A stretch of 64,000 nucleotides of DNA, from the NCBI GenBank assembly GCA_963665385.1, contig OY762213.1, positions 1,833,211-1,897,210 of the forward strand, given 5' to 3'. Origin of the DNA: Dehalococcoidia bacterium. GTDB lineage: Bacteria > Chloroflexota > Dehalococcoidia > UBA6926. The first letter of the stretch is position 1, and the number at the start of each line of letters is the position of its first letter. A model generated the notes under the pieces. The model searched no databases and was not told the origin of the DNA. It saw nothing but the letters and a program-made list of their open reading frames with translations. The translations under genes and the position numbers were made by a program. Shown one piece after another: positions 40,008 through 48,702 of the stretch.

Positions 40008-42596
40008 ATGACGACAAACGCGAATGAACGGTTCACCTTGCTTCCCCGGTCCGTGAGGCCGTCACACTACAAGCTGGAACTCACGCCGGATCTGGAAAAT
40101 GCTGCATTTACGGGGTCGGTGGCTATTGACGTTCTTGTGACGGAAATCACACAGCAGATTGTTTTAAACGCAATTGAGCTCGATTTAGGCTCTGCAACGT
40201 TCACCCCGCGCGGCGGAGAGGCCACGGCATCGACGGAGATCACGTACGACGAGGAGGCTGAGACTGCCACGATCAGTTTTGGCGAGGCTCTGCCCGTCGG
40301 TGCGGGGACACTTGAGATTCCGTTCACGGGGATCCTGAATGATCAGCTGCATGGGTTCTACCTGAGCACGTTCCGGGACAAGGAGGGGGTTGAGCGACGG
40401 ATGGCGGCGACGCAGTTCGAGGCCTCGGACGCGCGGCGGTGCTTCCCGTGCTGGGACGAGCCGGCGGTCAAGTCCACGTTCCAGGTCGACTTGATCATTC
40501 CCGAGGGATTTTCTGCGATCTCCAACACGTTGGAGTCCGCGCCGGAGCCTGAGGACGGGGGCAGGCAGCGGGTCAGCTTCCCCGCCACGCCGATCATGTC
40601 CACCTATCTCCTGGCGTTCATCGTGGGGGAGATGGACAAGATTGAGGCGCGCTCGGCCAACGGCACGCTTAACCGCGTGTGGGCGACCGTCGGTCAGGCA
40701 GAACTTGGGCAGTTTGCGCTGGAGACCTCCGTGCGTCTGCTGGACTACTACAACGACTATTTCGGCGTCGATTACCCTTTGGAGAAGCTGGACCACATCG
40801 CCCTGGCCGACTTTGCGGCGGGCGCGATGGAGAACTGGGGGGCAGTGACCTACCGCGAGGTGGCTCTGCTCTTCGATCCGGCAAGCTCCTCGCCCGGCAC
40901 GCGGCAGCGCATCGTTGAAATCATCGCTCATGAGATGGCGCACATGTGGTTCGGCGACCTTGTGACGATGGCGTGGTGGAACGACCTGTGGCTAAACGAG
41001 AGCTTTGCGTCTTGGATGGCGGCCAAAGCAACGCACACCCTGTTCCCCGATTGGGCAATCTGGACGCAGTTCATCGCCACGGACGTCGCTCCCGGCATGA
41101 GCCTGGACGGGCTGGAAAACTCCCATCCAATCGAGTCGGAGGTGCGGAATCCCAACGAGGTCAGCCAGCTATTTGACGCGATCAGCTATGAGAAGGGCGC
41201 CTCCATTCTGCGGATGCTGGAGCAACACATCGGCCCAGACGCTTTCCGCAACGGTTTGAACGGTTACATGACCGCGTTTGCCTACTCCAACGCGGAGGGG
41301 GCGGATCTGTGGCGCGCGATGGGGGACGCCTCCCAACAAGACATCCCCGGCATGATGGACTCCTGGGTCAAACAGGTTGGCTATCCCGTCGTCTCGGCAG
41401 AAACGACGCGCGGTGACTCCGGTGCGACGGTTTCGCTGACTCAGCGACGCTTCCTCTACTCCGGGCCGAATGACGATGAGACGCTGTGGCACGTGCCCGT
41501 GCGCATCACGACGCAGGGGAGTGAAGATGAGGCGAGGGCCCTGTTCACCGACCGGACGGAATCCATCGAGGTTCCGGCAGCTTCCGGGGACGGATGGATC
41601 AAGGTCAATGCCGGAGGAGCGGGGTTCTATCGCGTCGGCTACCAGCAAGACGAGCTTGACCGGTTGATCGCCGCGGTCCGGACGGGCGAATTGTCCGCGC
41701 CCGATCGGCTGACGCTGCTGGAGGACACCTACGCTCTTGCCCGCGCCCGCCATATTCCCGCCCGCAACTACCTTGAACTGGCGCAGGCATATGTAGACGA
41801 CGAGGACTTCAGCATCTGGGCGGCGATGGCATCGCAGCTCGGCGCGATTGAGGCGCTGTCCCGCAATGAGCCGTACTTGGAACGCTACCAGGAGTTCGCC
41901 CGAGGGCTAACGCAGACCGTCGCCGGCAAGGTCGGTTGGGAGCAGCCGGAGAACGAGGCGCACCTGCGAACGCTACTGCGGGCGGTAGCGCTGAGCGCGG
42001 CGGGCGGCTTCGGCGATGAAGCAGTGTTGTCCGAGGCGGCGGCGCGATTCGCGCGTTTCCTTGAGGATGAGTCATCGCTGCGGCCGGATCTGCGGGCCGT
42101 CGTCTACAACCTGACCGCCGATCAGGGCAACGACGAGATGTTCGAGACGATGAAGCGGCTGGAGCGCGAGTTTGATCTGCAGGAGGAGAAGGTCCGCATG
42201 CAGATGGCGCTCACGCAGTTCAGTCAGCCGGAACTCCTGCAAAGGACGCTCGAGATGTCCGTCGACCAGGACCAGATTCGCGTGCAGGACGCGCCACGGC
42301 TCCTAATGGGGGTGGGCGGCAATCTGCGGGGGCTGACGCTGGCATGGGAATTCATGAAGGACAATTGGCCTGAGATCGAGCGCCGTTACGCGGGCGGAGG
42401 ATTCGCGATCATGCGGCTCGTGTCCATCACGGGGGCGTTTGCGACAGCGGAGGCGGCGCAGGAGGTGCGCTCATTCTTCGAGGAGCACCCGACGCCGTCC
42501 GCGACGCGGGCCATTCAGCAGTCGCTGGAACGCATCGAACTCAACCGACTATGGCTGGAACGAAACCGGGGAGAACTCGCGGAGTGGCTGGGGTAG
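40008..42596 (+). CDS. pepN: Aminopeptidase N (M1 family)
   Basis: 862 aa. GAMEN at AAGAMENWG and zincin HEMAHMWFGDLVTMAWWNDLWLNESFA (HExxH-x18-E) are present. The ERAP1-like C-terminal domain is recognisable. Confidence 0.93.
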   Translation: MTTNANERFTLLPRSVRPSHYKLELTPDLENAAFTGSVAIDVLVTEITQQIVLNAIELDLGSATFTPRGGEATASTEITYDEEAETATISFGEALPVGAGTLEIPFTGILNDQLHGFYLSTFRDKEGVERRMAATQFEASDARRCFPCWDEPAVKSTFQVDLIIPEGFSAISNTLESAPEPEDGGRQRVSFPATPIMSTYLLAFIVGEMDKIEARSANGTLNRVWATVGQAELGQFALETSVRLLDYYNDYFGVDYPLEKLDHIALADFAAGAMENWGAVTYREVALLFDPASSSPGTRQRIVEIIAHEMAHMWFGDLVTMAWWNDLWLNESFASWMAAKATHTLFPDWAIWTQFIATDVAPGMSLDGLENSHPIESEVRNPNEVSQLFDAISYEKGASILRMLEQHIGPDAFRNGLNGYMTAFAYSNAEGADLWRAMGDASQQDIPGMMDSWVKQVGYPVVSAETTRGDSGATVSLTQRRFLYSGPNDDETLWHVPVRITTQGSEDEARALFTDRTESIEVPAASGDGWIKVNAGGAGFYRVGYQQDELDRLIAAVRTGELSAPDRLTLLEDTYALARARHIPARNYLELAQAYVDDEDFSIWAAMASQLGAIEALSRNEPYLERYQEFARGLTQTVAGKVGWEQPENEAHLRTLLRAVALSAAGGFGDEAVLSEAAARFARFLEDESSLRPDLRAVVYNLTADQGNDEMFETMKRLEREFDLQEEKVRMQMALTQFSQPELLQRTLEMSVDQDQIRVQDAPRLLMGVGGNLRGLTLAWEFMKDNWPEIERRYAGGGFAIMRLVSITGAFATAEAAQEVRSFFEEHPTPSATRAIQQSLERIELNRLWLERNRGELAEWLG

Positions 42597-42679
42597 GCAG
42601 TGCCTACTGCCCAAGGTCGCGATCAGCATTGACTGGGCTGTGGGGATAGTTCGCCGCGTTACGGTGTTTGGTGGCTCAT

Positions 42680-43137
42680 TGAGGCTTTAGATTCCTCGGC
42701 TGCGCTCGGAATGACATGGGGGGCGCGGGGGTGACGGTGGGGGGGATGACGGGCGACCCTTCGGCAGGCTCAGGGTGAGCGGGGGGGCCTCGTGTCATTC
42801 TGAGGGGCGCAGCCCCGAAGAATCTATCGTCATGATCGGCTGCCCAATGGAGGCTTTGGATTCCTCAGCTGCGCTCGGAATGACAGTGTAGGCGCCCGGA
42901 ATGACATGGGGGGCGCGGGAATGACGGTGGGAGTGCGCCCTTCGACAGGCTCAGGGTGAGCGGGGGGGCCTCGTGTCATTCTGAGGGGCGCAGCCCCGAA
43001 GAATCTACGGACATGATCGGCTGCGCCATGGAGGCTTTGGATTCCTCGGCTGCGCTCGGAATGACGGTGGGGGGCGGGAGAGGGGATTTCTTGGGGTTGG
43101 CGCTACGGTTTGGGCTATGGCAATTCTGTTGATTCTC
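42680..43137. repeat. Array A of REP/MITE-like units: about 175-bp period, each unit with roughly 30-bp terminal inverted repeats and internal GGAATGAC sub-repeats
   Basis: GAGGCTTT(A/G)GATTCCTCGGCTGCGCTCGGAATGAC recurs at 42680, 42851 and 43031. The inverted partner GTCATTCTGAGGGGCGCAGCCCCGAAGAATCT occurs at about 42805 and 42975. The tail motif GGCGCTACGGTTTGGGCTATGGCAATT lies at 43101-43127. Confidence 0.85.
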
Positions 43138-43245
43138 GTTAATGGTTATAGAACATCACCGCACTTATAGCCAGGAGTTACACATTGGTTACGATTTGTA
43201 TGTTATCTTGGCTAATAGTGTCGCCTATATATAGGTGAGGAACTT

Positions 43246-43563
43246 GTGCCGAAAGCCGCGCTCGGGGGACAACCCTTTGGAGGTGCACTGATGAAGGGGA
43301 CGGCAGCCATTCTGAGGTCACATATCGGGGTGGGGTCACTCCGGATACTTGTGCCTGTGTTGCTGGTATTGGCCGCAACAGGAGCCTTTCTCTTTGCAGC
43401 CAGTCCTGCCGCAGCGGAACCCATCGATGAAATAGTCGACCTGAATATTCCCATAGAGGTGGAGGAGTACCGGGACGCGCCGAAACGCGTGCTGCGGCAG
43501 GGTCCAGGGGACTCAGTCGTCCACGACCCTGCTGAGCAACACGGGGCAGACACCTACTTTTGA
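43246..43563 (+). CDS. Small secreted hypothetical protein (signal peptide); possibly the 5' part of one frameshifted gene with the next ORF
   Basis: MKGTAAILRSHIGVGSLRILVPVLLVLAATGAFLFAASPAAAEP is a signal peptide. It is preceded by an AT-rich promoter-like stretch at 43130-43250. TGA lies at 43561-43563. Confidence 0.5.
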   Translation: MPKAALGGQPFGGALMKGTAAILRSHIGVGSLRILVPVLLVLAATGAFLFAASPAAAEPIDEIVDLNIPIEVEEYRDAPKRVLRQGPGDSVVHDPAEQHGADTYF

Positions 43564-43564
43564 T

Positions 43565-44401
43565 TTGTCGTTCGACAGCGACCGCGCTCAGGCGTTCACC
43601 ACGGGCAGCAATAGCGCAGGCTACACGCTGACCAGCGTTGATCTGAGTCTGAAATCCACCCATACGCAGGCCATCTTCACGGTGGCCATCCACGCAGGCT
43701 CGTCCGCAGCACCGGTGGCCACGAGCCTCGGCACGCTCACGATGACGACGGCACTGACGAGCACAGGCAGCCTCGTGGGATTCGACGCATCCGGGACTGG
43801 CATCGAACTCGCCGCCAACTCGACGTACTGGGTGGTGATCGACGTGTCCGTCACCAGCGCCACCACTGCATTCCAGGTAACGACTTCGACGGATGAGGAT
43901 TCGGCCGACGGCTGGAGCATCGCGAACACCCACCGCAAGGGGGCCAACACTATCTCGGCCGCCATCCTGCTCCGCGTCAACGGCTTTGCGAAGACCTCGA
44001 CGATAGACCCCCTCTCTCAGCCGCCGCGCGCGCCAATTACAGTTACATACACCAATGCGAACGGCGAGGAAGAGACAGTCGAAATCAGAGCGGCTTCCGC
44101 GGAACGCGATACTCTCTACAGCTTCTTCTACGATTCGTGCTCTCTCCAACGGTCGGCAACGACCCTGCGCGACTACAGCTGGCGCAACGCGGATGGACAC
44201 CTGATGCAGGCCAAGAACGGCTGGAAGTATGTGGAGGTACAGAATTCCAAGGGTGAGGTCACAGGCACCAGGCGACAGACGTTGGATGAGTGCGCCAGTC
44301 ACGGCATGTACTTGAGACAGCAGAATTGCGCCAACGAGGACTGGCGTGACCGAAATCCACACCTCCTTAATTCATCGTGTCCGACGTATCGGACGTGGTG
44401 A
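43565..44401 (+). CDS. Hypothetical Ser/Thr-rich beta-type protein with a Cys-containing C-terminal domain; TTG start or continuation of the previous ORF after a +1 shift
   Basis: 278 aa with no ATG or GTG start. The +1 frame is open from 43457 and reads ...QGTQSSTTLLSNTGQTPTFDLSFDSDRAQ..., in the same compositional style. The C-terminus holds five Cys residues plus two Trp (...WRDRNPHLLNSSCPTYRTW). Confidence 0.45.
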   Translation: MSFDSDRAQAFTTGSNSAGYTLTSVDLSLKSTHTQAIFTVAIHAGSSAAPVATSLGTLTMTTALTSTGSLVGFDASGTGIELAANSTYWVVIDVSVTSATTAFQVTTSTDEDSADGWSIANTHRKGANTISAAILLRVNGFAKTSTIDPLSQPPRAPITVTYTNANGEEETVEIRAASAERDTLYSFFYDSCSLQRSATTLRDYSWRNADGHLMQAKNGWKYVEVQNSKGEVTGTRRQTLDECASHGMYLRQQNCANEDWRDRNPHLLNSSCPTYRTW

Positions 44402-44530
44402 CGCAACTGGTAGCTGCAAGGAGACTGCGTCTCAAGCCCAGTAGTCCGGCAGAGGCGCAGGGGTGGTACGGCTGGCAGGGGCGCCGACATCCTGGCCCTC
44501 CCTCTTGATGGGGGCGGGGATGCTGCGGTT

Positions 44531-44950
44531 GGCGTTACGGTGGTTGGCTGGCGCATCGGGATTCAGATTCCCGCCTGCGCGGGAATGACGGTGTGTGGGG
44601 CGTTACGAGGTTTGGTTGCGCAATTGAGATTTTAGATTCCTCGGCTGCGCTCGGAATGACAGTGTAGGCGCTCGGAATGACATGAGGACGGAGGGAGCCT
44701 CGTGTCATTCTGAGGGGCGCAGCCCCGAAGAATCTACGGACATGATTGGCTGCGCAATGGAGGCTTTGGATTCTTCGCTACGCTCAGAATGACAGTGTAG
44801 GCGCGGGAATGACGGAGGGCGGCGGGGGTGACGGTGGGGGGCGGGTTGTGGCCTGCGGGCCACGCGTGGATTCCGGCCTTCGCCGGAATGACGGGGGGCA
44901 CGGGAATGCCGGTGGGTGGGTGGGAATGGCGCCGAGGGTGTTGGGAATCT
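44531..44950. repeat. Array B of the same REP/MITE-like family, in direct orientation relative to array A
   Basis: A full unit at about 44626-44755 has AGATTCCTCGGCTGCGCTCGGAATGAC and its inverted partner CTCGTGTCATTCTGAGGGGCGCAGCCCCGAAGAATCTACGGACATGAT. There are many GGAATGAC(G/A) sub-repeats and GGATTCCCGCCTGCGCGGGAATGACGG-type palindromes. The GGCGTTACG(G/A)GGTTTGG motif is shared with the array A tail. Confidence 0.85.
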
Positions 44951-44960
44951 AGCCCCACGA

Positions 44961-45096
44961 AGGACACGGCATTCATCAGCAGGACGCCGAGCACGGCAAC
45001 ACCGCGGATTAAATCAAGGCTGAGAATCCGTTCCGATTCATTGACCGGGCCGCGGCCGGCCTCATCAGTGGTTGCTTGTGGCTGATTGTCAGTCAC
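44961..45096 (-). pseudogene. N-terminal remnant of a membrane protein gene truncated by repeat array B
   Basis: The ORF from 45096 starts with the plausible N-terminus MTDNQPQATTDEAGRGPVNESERILSLDLIRGVAVLGVLLMNAV, a TM helix. The frame then runs straight into repeat-derived sequence (...IPAKAGIHAWPAG...). Confidence 0.3.
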
Positions 45097-45102
45097 TAAC
45101 TA

Positions 45103-46533
45103 TTACGCGTACAGGCTGAGGCGGCCTTTAGCGAGAACGTCACCGACGTGTTTGCTGATGGTCTGGAGCATGGCGAAATCATCTTCGCCAACGAATGTGA
45201 CGGCCTTGCCCGCGTTGCCGATGCGGCCGGTGCGCCCAATGCGATGGATGTATTCCTCAAGGTTGCCGGGCATGTCGTAGTTGATAACGTGCGAGATCTC
45301 GGGGATGTCCAGTCCGCGTGAGGCAACGTTGGTGGCGACAAGCACCTTGAGTTCTCCGGAGCGGAATGAGCGCATCACGGCCTCGCGCTGGTTCTGCCGC
45401 ATGCCGCCGTGGATTGGCTCCACACGAATGCGGGCCCGCTGCAGACGCCGTGCCAACCGGTCCACTCCGACCTGCGTCCGGCAGAAGATCAGCGTCTTCT
45501 CGCCATCCAGGTCAGTGCGGAGTACCTCTTCCAGGCCGGCCAGCTTGTCCTGGGCAGCAACCTCGTAGTAGAGCTGTTCAATCGTGTCGGCAGCCCCTGA
45601 CTCCTCGCCAATCCCGATATGAATCGGATCGCGCAGGAATCGTTCAATCATGCGTCGAATAAAAGACGGCACCGTTGCGGAGAAGAGCGCCGTCTGTCGG
45701 GCACGTGGCGTGGCGCGGAGGATGCGGATCATATCCTCGGCAAAGCCGATGTCCAGCATCTGGTCCGCCTCATCGAGGATGGCGACCCGGATGTTATTCA
45801 GCTTGAGAGTGCCGCGCTGCATGTGGTCCTGCACACGCCCGGGCGTACCGACAATGATCTGCGGGGTTTCCTGCAGGGCCTTCAGCTGCACCTCGATCTT
45901 TTGCCCCCCGTAGAGGGTGACGACCTTCAAGCCGCGGTGCTTTGCCAGGCGGCGCAGCTCACCGGTGACCTGTACGGCGAGTTCCCGCGTCGGTGCAAGA
46001 ACGATGCCCTGCACCTCGCGGCGTGTCGGATCGAGCAGTTCCACCATCGGGATACCGAACGCGGTTGTCTTGCCTGTGCCCGTCTGGGCACGACCGACTA
46101 CGTCACGCCCCTCGAGCATGACGGGGATGGCTTCCACCTGGATTGGGGTGGGGTCTTCGTATCCCATGTCGTCGAGCGCCAGGCGAATGGGCTCGGACAC
46201 GGTGACGGTACCGAAAGTCTTGTCTCGTTCGAATGGCCCGGCCTGCAAGTCAATTGTCGGGGCGGCCTTGCGTTGACGCTCGCGGGGCTCAGATGATCCG
46301 TTTCGGGACGGTTGCTCCCCGTGGCCGTTATTCTGCGCCGGCCTGTCCTTGCGGCGGCGGCGCGGCTTTCTGCGTGCGGGAGCGCCGTCAGGGCGATCCA
46401 ACGTTGGGGTTGCAGTTCGCACGGAGGGACTCATTGGAGAGTCGATTGGGGACGGTGAAATGGGGGGAAGGGTTACTGTGGATGCCGTCGGGGACGGCGG
46501 GGCCGACGTGCGGCCTAAGATTTTTCGAAGCAC
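45103..46533 (-). CDS. DEAD-box ATP-dependent RNA helicase with an Arg/Pro-rich N-terminal extension
   Basis: Q-motif and Walker A AQTGTGKT. DEAD at ILDEADQMLDIGF, SAT, HGGMRQNQRE and HRIGRTGRIGNAG are all present. The first about 100 aa are basic and low-complexity, so the start is uncertain. Confidence 0.9.
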   Translation of the reverse strand: MLRKILGRTSAPPSPTASTVTLPPISPSPIDSPMSPSVRTATPTLDRPDGAPARRKPRRRRKDRPAQNNGHGEQPSRNGSSEPRERQRKAAPTIDLQAGPFERDKTFGTVTVSEPIRLALDDMGYEDPTPIQVEAIPVMLEGRDVVGRAQTGTGKTTAFGIPMVELLDPTRREVQGIVLAPTRELAVQVTGELRRLAKHRGLKVVTLYGGQKIEVQLKALQETPQIIVGTPGRVQDHMQRGTLKLNNIRVAILDEADQMLDIGFAEDMIRILRATPRARQTALFSATVPSFIRRMIERFLRDPIHIGIGEESGAADTIEQLYYEVAAQDKLAGLEEVLRTDLDGEKTLIFCRTQVGVDRLARRLQRARIRVEPIHGGMRQNQREAVMRSFRSGELKVLVATNVASRGLDIPEISHVINYDMPGNLEEYIHRIGRTGRIGNAGKAVTFVGEDDFAMLQTISKHVGDVLAKGRLSLYA

Positions 46534-46650
46534 AAATTCCTCTTAGATAAGTTGGCCGTCGAACGCCCGTGGCGATACTCGCTCAACTTGGTGCGATGTC
46601 GTGTACTGAGCCCCTGGTCGGGGCGGATACCATTCTGTCCAACAGGACGC

Positions 46651-47013
46651 CTAGTAGCGGTTGTTGGCACTATGGTTCCTGAAGCAGTCGGAGCAATAGA
46701 CTGGCCGATCGCCACGCGGCTGGAATGGCACTTCCGCCTCCTTACCGCAGTCGGCGCAGGTGACGGAGTACATCCGCCGCTCCCGCCTTTCGAAGTTGCC
46801 AGCGGGCGCCTGGCCCGAGGATGGCCCACCGGAGGTGTAGGTACCGCCGACGTAACCGCCTTCGCGGTCGCGCTTGCGGTTTGCTCGGCAGTCCGGGCAT
46901 CGGGTGGGTTCACGTGTGAACCCTTTGCTTGCGTAGAATTCCTGCTCACCCGCTGTGAAAACAAACTCATTGGAGCAATCACGACACGCGAGTGTCTTGT
47001 CGGCCATTGTCAT
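46651..47013 (-). CDS. Zinc-ribbon protein (zf-trcl-like, two CxxC...CxxC modules)
   Basis: 120 aa. CRDCSNEFVFTAGEQEFYASKGFTREPTRCPDCR is followed by a second module CADCGKEAEVPFQPRGDRPVYCSDCF. Confidence 0.65.
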   Translation of the reverse strand: MTMADKTLACRDCSNEFVFTAGEQEFYASKGFTREPTRCPDCRANRKRDREGGYVGGTYTSGGPSSGQAPAGNFERRERRMYSVTCADCGKEAEVPFQPRGDRPVYCSDCFRNHSANNRY

Positions 47014-47412
47014 ACTAGGTCTCTCCCTTATCTTCCTGATTCTTCCTGCGATCCCGCCTTACATACGCAAACAGGCCGGGATCTGCTGCCTGCACACGCG
47101 TCGGCCATGGTGATACTCACGGTTGCAGCGCCTACAGGTACTGGAGTGAATGAAAGCCGACTACTAGATGATGAATGTGAGCTAGAGTGCGGTAAAAGAT
47201 TCCCCTGGTTCTTGATTCGGCTCCATTGTATCAGATTTCGCCCCCTGCAGGCGGCAGACCAATACGGGCTTCCCCGTTTCTTGCCCCTTTGCCGCGCTTT
47301 TACTACAGTGAGCGCAGGATTCGAGAAAAGCGAGTACCGAAACGGCACAGGGTTTGACGGCGGATGGTTCACTGCGACCTGCTCACCAGTAGGGCGCATG
47401 GAGGAAAAGGCA

Positions 47413-48630
47413 ATGGACTTTCGATTTTCAACTGAGAATGAACAGCTCCGGCAAGAGGCGATAGAGTTTACGCGCCGCGAGTGGGACTCCAAGGGCTTGG
47501 GCGACGGACAGGGCATCTACTACGCCCTGTCATGGGACCATGAGAACCATGAGGTTGAGTCGTTAATCAGCGGCTTCGAGAAGAAGCTGGTGGACAAGGG
47601 CTGGTGGACGATGCACTGGCCGACTGAATTCGGCGGCAAGGGCGCTGACATTGAGACCCAGATGGCGTACCGCGAGGCGATGGTCTATGCAGGCGCGCCG
47701 GCGACGCTTGGCGGCGGTCTCGTCGCACCGGTTCTTATGGTGCACGGCACGGACGAGCAGAAGGAGTATTTCCTTCCCCGCATCGCGAACGCGGACATCT
47801 CGTACATCTCGCAGGGATTCTCAGAGCCGGATTCCGGTTCGGACCTGGCAAGCTTGCAGACGCGCGCCGTCCGTGACGGCGACGACTATGTCATCAATGG
47901 CCAGAAGATATGGAGCACGTACCGCGCGGAGTTCATCCATGTTCTCGTTCGTACGGATCCGGAGCAGCCGAAGCACCGAGGTATCACATACCTGCTGGCC
48001 CGGTTGAAGGACGAGGACGGCAACTACCTCCCCGGCATCAAGGTGAACGCGATCCCCGACGCGCTTGGCCGTCACCGCTGGGATGAGGTGTTCTTTGAGG
48101 ACTGGCGTGTGCCGTCGAACAACATCATCGGCGAGGAGAATCGCGGCTGGTATGCCGCGATGACCACGCTCAGCTTTGAGCGCTCCAACATTGAGGGCCC
48201 TGCCATGCTCATCCGAATCATGGAGGACTTCATCGACTACGCCAAGAACGTACGGCAATACGGCGACAGCCCGTTGGATAACCCCGTTGTTCGACACCAG
48301 ATCGCCAATCTGCGACTCGAGATTGAGGCGATGCGGATGTTGTCGTACCGGGTCGGGTGGATGCAGAGCCAGGGCGAGATCCCCGTGCGCGAGGCGTCCA
48401 TGACCAAGTTCTGGGGGGACGAAATCACGCAGAAGGTGTACCGCTACTTCTCTCATGTACTGGGTGAATACGGGCAGGTTCTGCCGACGACGGAGCTGCC
48501 GCTCAAGCTGCCGGTGGACGGGTTCCTGAACTCCAACGCACACAGTACAATCGGCATCAGCATCGCGGGCGGCACGACAGAGGTCCAGAAGAACATCATC
48601 GCTCAGCGAGGTTTGGGACTGCCGCGGTAG
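47413..48630 (+). CDS. Acyl-CoA dehydrogenase-fold paralog (subfamily A)
   Basis: 405 aa from ATG 47413, with a GGAGGAAAAGG RBS. MDFRFSTENEQLRQEAIEF...IAGGTTEVQKNIIAQRGLGLPR. The ORF-track 692-aa version is an artefact of an open upstream frame. Confidence 0.85.
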   Translation: MDFRFSTENEQLRQEAIEFTRREWDSKGLGDGQGIYYALSWDHENHEVESLISGFEKKLVDKGWWTMHWPTEFGGKGADIETQMAYREAMVYAGAPATLGGGLVAPVLMVHGTDEQKEYFLPRIANADISYISQGFSEPDSGSDLASLQTRAVRDGDDYVINGQKIWSTYRAEFIHVLVRTDPEQPKHRGITYLLARLKDEDGNYLPGIKVNAIPDALGRHRWDEVFFEDWRVPSNNIIGEENRGWYAAMTTLSFERSNIEGPAMLIRIMEDFIDYAKNVRQYGDSPLDNPVVRHQIANLRLEIEAMRMLSYRVGWMQSQGEIPVREASMTKFWGDEITQKVYRYFSHVLGEYGQVLPTTELPLKLPVDGFLNSNAHSTIGISIAGGTTEVQKNIIAQRGLGLPR

Positions 48631-48702
48631 CTACGACTGGTTAGGGTCATAAGTCGCGGGCGGGCCGAATGGTCCGCCCGCGTTGGTTTTGGCGCGTGGA
48701 AT

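Noticed and set aside
40185-40943. 252-aa minus-strand ORF inside pepN
   Set aside because: It is antisense to the M1 aminopeptidase gene and is Arg-rich.
43178-44362. 394-aa minus-strand ORF overlapping the secreted-protein cassette
   Set aside because: It has an Arg/Ala/Gly-rich composition typical of antisense frames in high-GC DNA. The plus-strand genes have a signal peptide and an upstream AT-rich promoter.
42680-44950. Possibility that the repeat arrays are a CRISPR array
   Set aside because: The units are about 175 bp with internal inverted repeats and degenerate copies. There are no short regularly spaced identical repeats with unique spacers, and no cas genes.
44746-45085. Small plus-strand ORFs (68 and 85 aa) within repeat array B
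   Set aside because: Their translations (LRYAQNDSVGAGMTEGGGGDGGG..., AFAGMTGGTGM...) are the classic junk peptides produced by REP-type palindromes.
46552-48630. 692-aa plus-strand ORF reported in the ORF track
   Set aside because: It is an open-frame artefact. The real gene starts at ATG 47413 (MDFRFS) with a strong RBS. The upstream part overlaps the minus-strand zf-trcl gene and has no coding character.
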